Assembly (NCBI GenBank): GCA_051942205.1
Contig: JAVECO010000191.1
Location: forward strand, 1-41,935
Direction: 5' to 3'
Length of the DNA stretch: 41,935 bases
Origin: Coniocarpon cinnabarinum
Lineage: Eukaryota
Below are positions 20,903 to 33,397 of the stretch, piece after piece. Position 1 is the first letter of the stretch. Each line of letters begins with the position of its first letter. The translations under genes were made by a program, and so were the position numbers. Below the pieces are notes generated by a model that saw only the letters and a program-made list of their open reading frames with translations, made no database searches and was not told the DNA's origin.

Positions 20903-23005
20903 CTATGCCCCATCCAAAACAACATCCTTAACCACACAGTCATGACCCGTCGTGCACACCTCCGCCCGCCGCAACTGCTTGAACTTCGGCCCATTGGGTC
21001 CCGCGACGTAGCGGGTGACGCCGAAAAAGGTGTCCATTTGGCGGGGATCGGAATCCGGGATTTGGTCGTCGCCCCATTGGCCGTTGTAGTTGAGCCAGTT
21101 TGTGGGGCCTGCGTTAGAATTGGGGGATGTGAGGGCGGCTGGTGGGTGTTAGATCTTGTTTCTTCGCGGGTGGGGTATTCTGTGAGATTGAGACGGGGGT
21201 GGATATGGTGGAGGTTGGAAGAGGAAATTTGAGAGTAGGGGGTGGAAAGAGGGGAAAGGAGACGGAGACGGAGATGGGGCTGGAGACGAGGCAGGGACGA
21301 AGGAGATGAAGACGCGAAGTGGGGGGATAGAGTGAAGTCCCGAGTGGAGATGGCATAAGAAGAGAGGGAGAGGACGCAAGGGACGTACTAAAGGTGGGGT
21401 TGCTGTCGTCGGTGGCGGCGGAGCCGGAGGGAAACGTAACGCTGTAGAAATACGCGGACTTGGTGGGATCCCAGAGGTTGCCTTGGTCGTCTGTGTGATC
21501 TTGCAGGGGCGAGGGACCGGGTATGGGCCACTCTGGGATACTATCTTGATGTTAGCTGTAATACTTGCAGGACGCAACGAAACATGACTGCCGTAGACGA
21601 CCACAAGACGTCGAAGCGTGAGAATGACGCAGTCAAGACAGGAGAGACTCAGCTCAGTGCTTGCGACCGAAGAAGTCGCTGCAATACGCGGGGGATGAAT
21701 GAAACAATAAGGCAAAAGAAGTTACAGTGAGAGAAACAACGAGAGAAACACGTACGCGTAGAAATGTGAACCGGAAGTGGCGTAGTTGGCGTGTGAGCCA
21801 TTGGCTGAGTAGGAGATGGGACGGCCTTGCTGTTTCTGGAGGCCGGACGCGTTGAAGGAAAAGGCCTCGCCGAAGGAGTGCTGGGAGTACCAGATGGCCT
21901 GGGGTTCGCCGTTGGTGAAGCGGATCTGAAAGCGCCGAGTCAGCGATGACATACTCGATGTTCGTGTCAAGCAGTGACGGTATGTTTTGCTATGGCCGAC
22001 GAAGGCTAGAGCGGGGCAAAGAATGATCTCGCAAACGCAGATAACCAATGTCAACCAGCAGCACTCAACAAGGTGCTGACAGCTTCTACACAGGTCGAAG
22101 TAGGGAGCACGGATTGTGACGGCAAGTATCGCCGACGACAGCTTGGATTGCAAGGGACTCACCATATTGTGCTCCCAATCTCCAACATGACAGCCAAGCG
22201 GATATGACATCACGCCGAACAAGTCCACGGCGGGTCCCTGATCAAACGCATAGAAGTAAAAGTAGAAAGCGTCAACGGTACCGGCATCATCCTGATGGTC
22301 ATAGACAATGATAGCACTAGAAACCTGTTGTTGAGCAGATGGTGAGCTAGGGTTTTGCCGTTCCTCAAGACAAGTATCGGAGGGTTCAGCAGCAGACGAA
22401 GTAGAACTGGAGCTTACGGCGCCGTCGGTGGTGCCTGAGCTGTCGGGGGCGGTGCCCTGCAGCCATTGCGGAGGCGGTTCGGAGGCGAAGTTGTCATTGG
22501 CGGAGAGGTAGGTGTAGTTGCCGCCGCCGGAATTGGGGACGTCGTTGAGGCTGTCGAGGTTGTCGAGGGTGAGGGGCGATGGGTAGGCGGAGGCGTCAAT
22601 GGCGGTCAGGTTGATTTTTGGGGAGGTGTTGGTGAGTTGGGCGGCGATATCGGCGGGCTGGTATGGGTCGCCGGAGGTGATTCTCACCAGTGGCGCTGTG
22701 AACGATTCGTTAGTCAATTGCCAGCCTCGGCTTGTATGAAATCCTGGAGCAACAGAAATTGTGGGCAGGGAGATTAGTCTGAGAACGCCCGCCAATTGTT
22801 TCAAACCTGACGCGCGATGCAATTCTTGTCGTCTTGCCCATAATACGAAACATTAGTCGTACTCACCGTTGTCAATGACATACTGCGGGACCGACGCAGC
22901 TTGTCGCGATTCTAACGGAGAAGCAGAAGGAGATTGCAAGGCAGCGAGGCCGAATGAGCCCAGCGAGGCAAGGGCCAAAAACTGAAAAGGTCGAAGGAGG
23001 GCCAT
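20903..23005 (-). CDS. Secreted Vps62-like protein
   Basis: Exons 23005-22867 (signal peptide MALLRPFQFLALASLGSFGLA...VPQYVIDN), 22695-22418 (APLVRITSGDPYQPADI), 22324-22163 (DAFYFYFYAFDQG..HVGDWEHNM), 21925-21756 (IRF..WYSQH..YSANGSHANY), 21540-21389 (LWDPTKSAY) and 21138 or 21108 to 20903 (WLNYNGQWGD..GPNGPKFKQL..VC). Confidence 0.85.
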
Positions 23006-24387
23006 TGTTCTGATACACGTAGTCGCTCTTCACCTACAACACGCCCAACAACAGAAGTGAAGGCATCGCGGTCCGACTTATACAAAGGAAGAGGCGACTA
23101 CGGCGCCATGTGCGAAGCAAGTCTGCAGATCATGTAACGTGCGCGTGGGCGCGAGCCGGAGAGAAGTACCAAATCAATACAAAGGCAGAAAAAGGTACGT
23201 AACGGAGGTCATCGCTTTTTAAGCATTCGGGTAGGTCGGCGACGCTCGCAGTCATGTCGACTGGGCGAGCTGGCCCCATTGCGAGAGCGATTCCATTATG
23301 GATGAGAGTGCCGCGACTAAGGATAGCTGTACTTAATCGAAAGCATAACACATCTGGGCCTCAGCCCCTCTGGAGTTCCCGGGAATCCCACGGCGGGGCG
23401 CGTATCATGCAGGGATGTGTTGCATGAAGCACCTGAGAGGAGGCAGAACAAAGGCAGCGACATCAAATGATCTGGGTCAAACAGCCCACCTGAGTTGGTC
23501 AAAGGCAGCAATGCGTCGTTGACAGGCATCGATCTTGCGCAGATGTTGGAAAGCGCTGGTTTGTTCGTTAGCGAACTTGGAAAAGAGAGCAAGTGAATTG
23601 AAGCAACGTGTCTCTGAAGCGCACGATGAGTGGTTGTTTGCGCAGGATGGCAGCAAGAGAGGGGGCGAAAAGTCAGAGGTGAGGTGGGGTGTGGGAAGAA
23701 GCACGGCTCCGGGATGCAACGTCGATGGCGGCCGTTGACAGCCAGGAACGGGACATCTGACCGTAGAAGGATGAGAACATCGATCAGCCGCAATGCGCCG
23801 GATAATGGATGCACGGAAGATATTGGGGGACAGACGAATCCAGATCTCAGGTGATGAGCCGGGGTCGTCGGCAGTCAGCTGAGACGCCCTGTGGATTCGA
23901 GAGAGGTGGGTGTGCACGCATTTCTTCCGACCACTGATAAAGACACACATGCTCTGGGAGGGACAAGAATAGATCAAGGGCCAAGGGACTGGTCAAGTCT
24001 GGAGTTGGATCCTACCGAGTCGACCTGCACGGCTCGCAGTTTTAACCATCCTGTGGCTGGCGAGCTGGCCAGCGACTGGCTGTCGTGAACAACATGCTGC
24101 AGGGTACAAAGTACCACATTGTGCTCTGTGATTCCTTCTTGTGCCCAGTTGATGGCAAGACATTTTCCAACATTTCTTCACGGATCCAGTGACATGCGGC
24201 GAGAATGCTGCTCACAGACGATGATGAGACAGGGTATTGCAGGATGATGTGAGCGACAGGAGGATCACGCCAGCAATTGCACTGTGCATGTGGACAGCTG
24301 ACAGAGATGCCACGTGATAGAGAAGGGAGTACCTGCTTAGGTAGGTTAGTATCGCGGTGTCAACCCATAGGGCTGAGCGCAGTGCTC

Positions 24388-24423
24388 GGTCACGTGACCT
24401 GGTGGTGGTTTAGGTTTGTTTAC
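24388..24423. promoter_or_regulatory. Palindromic E-box GGTCACGTGACC (Cbf1/bHLH type) and forkhead-type site TGTTTAC upstream of the Borealin-like gene
   Basis: 12-bp palindrome at 24388-24399 and TGTTTAC at 24417-24423, 120-155 bp before ATG 24544. Sequence match only. Confidence 0.4.
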
Positions 24424-24543
24424 GCCAAACACCGCAACAACACGCCACATCCTTCGCCAGCAGCAACTATCCAACGCTACAAGTCTACACATTGAAGAGT
24501 CCCAAATCTTTCGACAGCATCGAATATTTTACGTTCACAGGCA

Positions 24544-26406
24544 ATGGCTCCTTCTGGACGCCCCCGTGGCCGTCCACGCAAATCCACCTCCTCCGCAGCC
24601 TCCTCCACGCGCATCTCAGATCCCCTCACTTCATTTCCCGCTCCTCCATTAGGAACAGCTCCAAGCTTCGTCGACTCCGCGTACGGCTCACAGTCTCAGT
24701 CACAGTCGCAAGGTCTTTATGATACCATTCATTATGAGAAGCCGGCTCAGCGCGTCCCGCTTAAACCTACCAGCCCTGTTCAGTCGCGTACGCCCATTCA
24801 TAAACAGGCGTCGCCTGGCAAGGCAGCACCTGTGCGCATGACTGCTGCGCAGAAGCAGGCGTTGATTGACAATTTGCGACTCGAGAGTACGTGAATGATT
24901 ACTATCTCTGAGCTTAATCCTCCCACCGCATCTCAGCAGTCACTTCGCAAAGCTGTTGCACGAAAGTTGATTCACGGTGGCACTACTGCATTGAGAGCAA
25001 TTTATGGTGGAGCGTTCCCAACGATATCGAGTCTCCAAGCTAACGAACTCCAAGTCACAGACCGCGCCCGCCGCCTTCGAGCCCAATACAACCAATCCGC
25101 CGCTTCACTGAAAAGAAGACTCGAAATGCGCATCCACCGCGTCCCGGCCGCGCTCAGGAAACTCACAATGGGTGAAGTCATCGAACGACACGAGCAAAAA
25201 GTGCACGCCGAAGCCGAAGCGAAAGCCCGCCGCGCCCGCGAAGCTGAAGAAGAAGAAGAGAAACGACAAGTAGAGCTTGCTGCACAGAAGAAGGAAGCGG
25301 AAGCGAAGGCGCGAGAGAATGTCGCGAAGAAGGGAAAGGAGGTGACGAAGACAAGGGCGAAGAAGAGAACCAGTGATGAGATGGAACATGAGGATAAGGA
25401 GAATGAAACGTTGCCTAACAAACGTGCCCGTCCTGCAGCCACCACATCGTCAACAGCTACAACAAACAAACCCGCAACGAAGGCATCACGCTCGCATGCA
25501 CCACCTCAACCCCCATCAAGGGCCACAAACCGGCCAACAGCGACCCGCGAAGTTCTCAGCCCAAAAAGTCACAACACGCGCCTCGCCCCACCCACACCTT
25601 CGAAATTCTCCCCCTCAAAACCCCTTTCCCGTCCCACGTCTCCATTGAAACCGAGTGCGTACAAGCCTTCTACTCAAGTTAGTCCAACCAGACCTGTCAC
25701 GATCCCGAGTCAAGTCCCTGGTGTGGCAGGGGTCGGAACGGCGAGTTCCATGGCCAAACTCCGAGGCCATGCTCCTGCTTCGAACTCAAAGGCCGGAACG
25801 GTAAGAGGTGTAGCTGTAAATGGAGGCCCAGCTCTAGGTGCTGGTGGAGGCGTAGGTGTGGGTGTGGGAGTAGGTAAGGGAAGTACCCGTGCTGCAAGTC
25901 GCGCCGTGAACACCGCGAAGACCGCACGAGGTCGAAAAGCAGAAAAGACATTCATCCACCCGGACGACCACGACACCGAACACGACCACGACACTGAAGG
26001 AACAGGCCAAGGGGAGAGCGTCAGTCAACGCACCCGAGGCTCAAACGCGTCTCGCGATTCCAAAGGCTCAAGAAGCGAAGGCAGCAGCATCAGCAACAGC
26101 ACCACCGTCGTGACCAAACCGAAACCCAAAACCGCGGGAGCAAAAGTGGTAGGGACGGTGAAGGCGGTGGCGAGTAAGACTGTGGGTAAAGGCACCGTTG
26201 GCAAGGGGACGGTGAGGAAGACTTCTGCGAAGAATGCAGCGGCTGTGGCGACGAAGGCAGCTGGTGCGAAGGCAGCGGTGGGAGGGGTGAAGTCGACGGC
26301 CATGGGCGTGACTGCTCGAGGGACAGTGGGCAAGAATGCAGCCGCTGCGAAGGGTGCTGCTGTTGGTGATACGGGCGGTGGACGGACTTTGAGGAGGCGG
26401 GGATAG
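24544..26406 (+). CDS. Borealin/Nbl1 N-terminal-domain protein (chromosomal passenger complex) with an N-terminal AT-hook
   Basis: Exon 24544-24886, 168-nt intron 24887-25054 (GTACGT..GCTAAC..AAG), exon 25055-26406. The join gives QKQALIDNLRLEITDRARRLRAQYNQSAASLKRRLEMRIHRVPAALRKLTMGEV (Nbl1_Borealin_N pattern). Also DKEN and VLSPKSHN, and a basic tail ending GRTLRRRG. Confidence 0.85.
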
Positions 26407-26699
26407 CTGGCTGGAGATTAGTTGATAAGGTAGAGTGAGTGTGTCAGGAGTGAGCGTGTTAATCATCACCGTCCCAGCCGAGTCAATGCGTGATCAAGAA
26501 GGATGTCCTCGTGGATGAGCGATACCGCTCCGAATGTCGGCATGACGGAGACTGAGAGTTACTTTCCCCCAAGAATAACGGCTTGCTTGTTGGATAGAGT
26601 CGGCAGTCTGAATGTGTGAATGAGGGAAATAACACCCTGCTTCTGCCACTATTATCCGTGTGAGCATCACATGGACTCCTTGATTGGTGCTGTGTTGGA

Positions 26700-26950
26700 T
26701 TTATGTTCAAGATCGAGCTCAAGTTAAAGTTTAAGTTCAAGTTCACGTTGAAGTTTATGTTCAAGTTCACGCTCACGCTCAAATTTACGTTCAAGTTCAA
26801 GCTCAAGTTCACGTTTATATCTATGTATGTTTATATCCACGTTCACGTTTAAATCCACGTTCACGTTTATATCCACGTTCACGTTAATGTTCACCTACAC
26901 ATTCAATTACAAGTTCAAGTTCAAAGTCAATTCCACATACACATTCACAT
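26700..26950. repeat. Degenerate 6-bp microsatellite (TTCAAG/TTCACG/TTTATA variants)
   Basis: ttcaagttcacgctcacgctcaaatttacgttcaagttcaagctcaagttcacg... This repeat produces the spurious NLNLN and TFTFK ORFs. Confidence 0.85.
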
Positions 26951-27443
26951 CAAAGCCATGGCATCATCCAAGCCCTGCCCTACATCTTGGAACAGTACAA
27001 GCAAACAACAACGAACATGACAAGGAAGACGTCAGGTGTACATACGTACGTACGTCTTCAATAGCATTGAAAGCTATATAATTAGCTCTCATGAGCTCGA
27101 TTCTCATAAGCTTCATGCTTACTGCGCTCTGCTTTGAGCTTGGCTCTTAGCAAGAGGCATGAGCGAGAGACATGAGGGTATTGCACCCGTGATCGTAATC
27201 ATGCAGACGTATGCTTTGTGAGCATTCATAGATCTTCATTCGAGGGATTCTCTCCGTCATCTTCGTTATACCTCTTGCTCATCTTCATCTGCGTCACCTC
27301 CACTCTCATCCTCTCTCAGATTCCCCATCATGCTTACCTCATGATATCATGCTGTGCTCGCTTCGTAATGCCGTGCTATGCTCACTTACCCTCGCAACAA
27401 ATGCTCGACGAAATCAAAGCAACAGACGCTATGCTCGCTGAGG

Positions 27444-30400
27444 TCAAGGCAAACCGACCTTGGGCCGCTCACGAAACCCAGCCATACTCATCTTCTTCCA
27501 CAGACTCTTCTTCCCAGCACCAGACGTATTGATGGCAGGATCCGGGGTGAAACCGTCCTCGATCTGCTCTTCTTTCTCTCCAACGGCACTCAGCCCATAG
27601 CTATCATACGGCCTGGCGTACAAGGCCTCCGACATCGCGACGTGTGGGGTGCTCTCGTCGACAGGAGACAGACGACGGACGGGATCAGTCCGAGCTTTTC
27701 GCAATTTATTGGGCGTGCGCTTAGGAAGCTGAGGCATCGTTTCCGTACGCGCAACGTCGCGCGAGTGCATTTGAACGTTTGGCGGAAGATCCGGATGGAC
27801 GATCTGGCGAGCAGATGGGTCGCTGTGGTTTTTCTTGTGCAGAGCTGGCGAGGGTGAATTGACAATGTGGAGTTCCGAACGGCGTCGGGTGACTGGTTTG
27901 GCAGGGATAGGCGGGATCGGATGACCAATTGGATCGAAGTGTGGAGCTGAGTCGGCGAAACATGTCGAGAGCTTGCTTGGAGAGTGAGGCATCACGGACG
28001 GGCCGCCTGCAAACGAACTCGTGCTCGGCCGTAACATTGACGCCGAAGACGACGCAGTCCGACGATGTCCGTAGATCTCTTCGTCAGAAGCGCGGAGTTC
28101 AGGACGTGTCAGTGTCATTCGGAGGGTCATCTGACGAGGCGGTGTAGCATCGATCTGAGGAGAGTCGCGTGGCGTCATGTACGCGGCTGGAGAGTCGAAA
28201 CTATGCTTCTGAGGGACATACTTGCGCTCTTTGGCTGTGTGGACGCTGTCTTGAGGCGTCGGAAGTTCGACAGGTGGGACCAAGGACCATGCCTCGCTGC
28301 GTTCGCGTGGGAGCATTGGAAGTGGCTTGGACTTCGAGCGGCTTAATCCAGAGGATTTGCGACGGATTGAGTCGCTTGAGGTTCGCGAGTTCTTGCCAGA
28401 CTTGCTAAACTCGGATCGTCCACGAGTGTGAAAAGACTTGCTTGGATGAGAGGGTGATGCATGAGTGCGGTCTTCGGTGCTGAGTCGTTGGGATTTGCTG
28501 CGGGAATGCCCAGATGCCTTCATCATCGGCATGGACTGACTGTGAGCATGATGAGGACGAGGCGAGATGTAAAGCCCTTCTCCATCTGTCAAAGCAGGCG
28601 CAGTACGAATCAATCCTTCAAGCCCATGAGACGGCGGTCCTTTAGGCGGAGTCGTGGTCACCTTCGCGGGTGCGTTCTGAAGGGTTTGCAGGGAGTCAGC
28701 TTGAGTGCACGTAGACGATGAAGGAGTGTGCCGAGCTAGGGAGTTGGGTTGTGAAATGGGCAATGGGATCGCATCCGGCGTCGTCGGCGTCACTGGGCTG
28801 ACCGGCGACGGGCTGCGACGGTCATCCTGACTGTCATCCACAGCATGCTCAAAGTCGCTAATGTCCAAATCGAAGTCACAGTCGAAAGTCCCCATGCCGG
28901 TTGGCGAATTTTCAATCAAGAGGAGCTCGTCCTTGGATTGGATCTCTTTTTGGTTAACGAGCTCGCGTGCGAATTGATCCACCGCTCGCTCGCTTTCGCT
29001 CATGGGCGAATCTAGCTCGTCAGGAAATTCTGTCAACACGTTTCGGACGCAGTCGTTGGCTTCGTCGTCGAGCCACGAGATTACCTCATTTCGCATGAAT
29101 CGCTGGACGTCCAGTCCCGGGTTGCAGCCTCGAGTTGACGGCTGAGGTGGCGGGATAATGGGCGACTCTTTAGGCTCTGAGAGCGGCAAAATGGGGAAGC
29201 CGTAGTCAAGGACCTCTTGGAACTTGTCCGGGCCAGTCAGATACTCCTTGAGCTTCGCTCGAGCGTCCTCGTCATACAAATATTGAGACGGACCATGAAC
29301 AGAGGGCGCGGGAGAGTCCTGGCGAGGGGTCCTGGCCATCACCCTGAGTCTTGAAGGTGCCCAAGATCTGCTGCGGCTGCGGCGGCACTTTGATCGTTCA
29401 CGCACCGAGGCAGGCTTGCTGGACTCTGCGGACGGTAGTGCTGGAGTGGATGGTGCCGAAGAGTCGCTCAAGCCCATTTTCGAAATGGCATGCTTGATGG
29501 AACATCGTCGAGAGCGACCGCGTGGCTTTTCGAGCGCCGTATCGTCTTCCTTGGTGGCAGCCCAAGGATTGTTGCAGGCGTACTGCGCGTTGTAGTCGTG
29601 GAGAAAAGTTTCTTGGGTCTTCCAATAGTACATCTCAAGCTCCTTGAGTGCATCTTTGATGTTGATGCGCGAGGAGTTGCGCGAAGAATATACCGACGAC
29701 GATGTGGACAGCATCCTGCCGCGACCGGTGGTCTCGAACTCGTGCTGAAGATACGTCTTGAGCGATGTGAAGACGTGGGGCCCTTCTGCGAGCAAACGCT
29801 TGAGCTGCCAGAGCAGTTTTCGTTCTTCGAAGCTCAGACAGACCAGCTGAGCCTTGTACGCGTGATTCAGTGCCAGAACGACATTCACCCGGTTCTCGAA
29901 TTGGGCTTGATTTTGCGACGGGGAGCGGTTGATGTCAGCGGAGATGCGTTCGAACACTCCACTGAGTCGTCGAGCAGCCGAAGAGCATCTCGTGCTAGCA
30001 CTGGCCCAGTGTTAGAAGTGTGCAGTGTCAGAAACGTTGCGTCTTCAAAGGCTCAGAAGAGCAGAGTAAGAAAGAAGGAAGGAAATGAAAAGCGATTGTG
30101 AACGTGAAAAGGACACGGTGGAGAGTGTGGGAGAGCATGGTTGGAAGCCTCCCGACATGGATCAGGGTCAGATCGTCGCCGGCGCCCAGAAGCAGTCGTG
30201 GTAGACGATTGCACGCAAAGGGCAGTCGACATGCAACGTCGAGCATGCATAGGAGGATCATAGCATAGCGTTCTGCCCCGAGATCTGGGACCCGAGTGGA
30301 TCTGTGCAGATCCCGTCGCTCCGACAGGGAGCAATAGTGCATGGTAGTAGCAGGGTGGAGGGTTCAGCAGAGGGCACGAGGAGTTGCAGCGCAGGCAGGA

Positions 30401-30641
30401 CGACAGGTCACAGGCGAGGGCAGGCGGTGCAGTGTTAGGCAGGTAGATAGCAGCACCGTGAACAAGTAGGAAAGAGGTCATTGACTTACTCAGAGAGGAT
30501 GGAGTGACGCCGGTCCGTCGAAGGCGTGGCCGAGGTGGCGTGGTGGCGGTCTGGAACTGGAGCTGGAGCTAGTCTGGAGGAGCCCTGCATCGTGGCCATC
30601 ATGGTCATGTGCCCGCCGCCGTTGGTAGCGTGAGTGCTCAT
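27444..30641 (-). CDS. Conserved Pezizomycotina protein of unknown function, largely disordered
   Basis: Exon 30641-30490 (MSTHATNGG...HSILS), 489-nt phase-2 intron 30489-30001 (GTAAGT..TCTAAC..CAG), exon 30000-27444 in frame. Conserved-looking blocks YDEDARAKLKEYLTGPDKFQEVLDYGFP and RQMTLRMTLTRPELRASDEEIYG. Confidence 0.75.
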
Positions 30642-31759
30642 GGATGGTTGGCTTGCTTGCTTGGTTAGCACGTTCGCGGGCTAGATAGGCATCGTCATCA
30701 TCCTGGGTGCCGCCGGCGTCTCCTCGCAGAGTGCACTCGACGGCGATGAGTGAGTTGGGAGCAGAAAAGGCTGTGCAAGTGCAAGGGCAGAGCGAGCAAG
30801 TAGCACAGGAATACGGAGTACGGAGCTCTGCTTCTGAAACTAGAGGGGACCTGCCCAGCAGCGGCGAGTGGAGGTGCAAAGTGAGAGCAGCAAACGAGCC
30901 CGGCGCCCGGCTGAAGCGACGCAAGGCGCCTGGCTTGACGCTTCCTTCCATCTCTTCGCTCACCACCACCACACTCCAGGCCTCAGATACTCTGCTCCTG
31001 GGCATGTCTCCACACACTGGCATACACACGCACCCCCTTACATACGCAGACAGTCCCACAGACGCAGCAGCGTGAGAGAGACAGCGCCCAAGCGCAGAGG
31101 GGAGAGCAGCACATGACGGAAGCTCTCAAAAGACGACCATGGTGGAGAGGGAGGAGGCGAGATGCCGCATTCAAGGGCTCCAGTCTCTCCCACCCTTTCG
31201 TGACCAGATGGAACAATGCTACTCTTGCATCCCACGGTACGCCATCTCCGCTACCCGCTAGCGCCCGTCAATGTTACCCCTTCCTGAACCCTCCATCCTC
31301 AACTCGGTGCCTGTCTCCCTCCGGCCGCTCACGATCAGTAACACACCGCAGGTCATGTGCTGGCCGGGCGGGACACTGCGTCTCGGCTCTACCAGCTGTG
31401 TGTGTCTCACGCATTTGCTGTTGAGACGCTTCAGGCGATGAAATGTCAACTGCTGCAATGTCATTGGCTCTCAGCCGGCGAACACCGTGTTTCCCTAACC
31501 GTGTGCAACTTTCATCCGTGCTTTCCCCATTGGGAGCTGCACGGAACAGGCAGCATCCCTGCTCCCTGCCACCCTGCCCGCTGCTGAACCCCCACCAGAC
31601 CCCGATTAGAGATTAGATCCCGCTGCCGCAGTTGACGACCGACATCTCCGGCGTCGTGGCCTGGTCGATGTCGTCGACGCTGATAAGCCCTCACCACCAA
31701 GTGGAGCAGTCCTTGCAACCCGCACCTCTCCCTCACCCTCCTCCCCGGCTGCAACCACC

Positions 31760-31864
31760 ATGGCTGCCTCTACCAGGCTCACATCCCTAGCTCTTCTCCT
31801 CACTGGTCGTGGGCATGTCTCCTCTCGACAGCTCCTCGTCCCACTTCTCCCCCTACCGCCCTGA
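31760..31864 (+). other. Out-of-frame upstream ORF (34 aa) overlapping the SDR start
   Basis: CCACCATGG at 31760 reads MAASTRLTSLALLLTGRGHVSSRQLLVPLLPLPP*. It begins 55 nt before the SDR ATG at 31815 and stops inside the SDR CDS. Confidence 0.45.
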
Positions 31865-32928
31865 TGGCAAGCTCTATGGCTTCGTCTGTGTCGTCACCGG
31901 CGCCGATCAGCCGGTCGGAAAGGCCATTACACTGGAGCTAGCTGGTGTGTTACTAATATCCCTTCAAGCGGCCGTGCGGGACCCAGCTGACTATCATCCT
32001 CTCCACAGCTCACGGTGCCGCCTGCGTATACGGTCCGTCGCTTTCACAGCTCTCTCCATCCCTACCGCCAATCAATGATCAAGCCACTGACGACCCTCAC
32101 CAGCCTGCTCCCACAATAGCAACGCCCCAAGCGCCGCCGAAGAGGTCGCCAAAACCCACCCCAACACCAAAATCATCGAGTACCCCCTGCACGTCGCCGA
32201 CGAACAAGACACCCTCGCGCTCCTCGACGACGTCCTCAACCAATGGGGCCGCCTCGACGTCTGGGTCACCAGCTCTGGCCTGCTCGGGCCCTCGTCCATC
32301 ACTGAGACCGGCCCCACTGAACTGCTGAAATGCTTCGAGACCAACTCCATGGCGGCGTTTTTCGCGCTCAAATACGCGCCCGCGGCCATGGGTAAGACGA
32401 CGTCTCGCGGTAGTTATCCGAATGCGGCGCCTAAGGATGAAAAGTATGGGAGTATCATTGTGGTGAGCTCGGTGGCGAGCACACATGGCGGTGCGTTTGA
32501 GTCTGACTCTTGATAATCATTTAGCGACGCTGTAGTTGCGACAGAACTAACGAGTTCCACTGTCAGGCTGTTGGGGCCCCGCCCTCACCATGTCCGCACA
32601 CGCCGCACTCGGCGTCGTCAAATCAGGCGTCGCGACTCTCAAAGGCACCGGCGTCCGCATCAATTGCATCAGCCCAGGCCAAATCGACGTCGGCGTCAGT
32701 CTGAAGGACTTCGACATGCGCGGCATGAACAGCCAGCTCCCACCATCGAGCCTGCAGTCCGCAGAGACGCAGCGACAGGTCATTGGATTGGAAAGGGCAG
32801 GATTACCGACCGAAGTGGCGCGCGTGGCGGGCTTTCTGGCAAGCGGGTTTAGCTCGTATGTCACTGGGGCGAATCTGGTGGTAGACGGTGGCGCCAGTGT
32901 GATGAACCCTCTGACCGTGCCCATATGA
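31815..32928 (+). CDS. Atypical short-chain dehydrogenase/reductase
   Basis: Exons 31815-31944, 32009-32032 (24-nt microexon), 32104-32490 and 32567-32928. Motifs VCVVTGADQPVG, WGRLDVWV, GSIIVVSSVA, GVRINCISPG and SSYVTGANLVVDGG. The YxxxK position reads LTMSA. Confidence 0.85.
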
Positions 32929-33397
32929 GGTTGCAGGGTCCGGAACCTGGATGATAGGCCGTGCAGTGGCTCGTTGCAGAAGAATGGTCTCGTCGTCAGA
33001 TTGAATTGTCTGCGCGTCCGATCATCACGACGAACGATGCATACACGGACCTGGTTTCAGAGACCTGCTGATCGAGATGTTTCACTTTCTGTGTACTTGC
33101 GAATGCCGCAAGGAGTCATCTTGACGAGCCTGAAGTTCAAGTGAAACAATAGATATCATGCTACATCATCTTAAGTCATGTGCATCTCCGTGATAGCTCC
33201 TCCGACTTGATATTCAGCTTCGTCGCCTTTTCTTGCATAATCGAGTCTTCCTTGCCACAACCGAGATTGATCATAATTTCATTACAAAGAGAAGAAAGAC
33301 AACTCCGTGCTGAGCTGATCGATCTGTGCGTCTCATCGTCATGTCTTTGATTTCTGTAGATCTATCTGGATTGGCTGCTTTACCGTTGCAATTGTCC

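Noticed and set aside
23300..24200. Short ORFs between the Vps62-like and Borealin-like genes
   Set aside because: No recognisable motifs or consistent exon structure.
24887..25054. C/D snoRNA in the Borealin intron (ATGATTA...CTGA)
   Set aside because: Imperfect box C, no properly spaced terminal box D or stem, and no recognisable guide.
26483..27081. NLNLN and TFTFK ORFs
   Set aside because: Products of the hexamer microsatellite.
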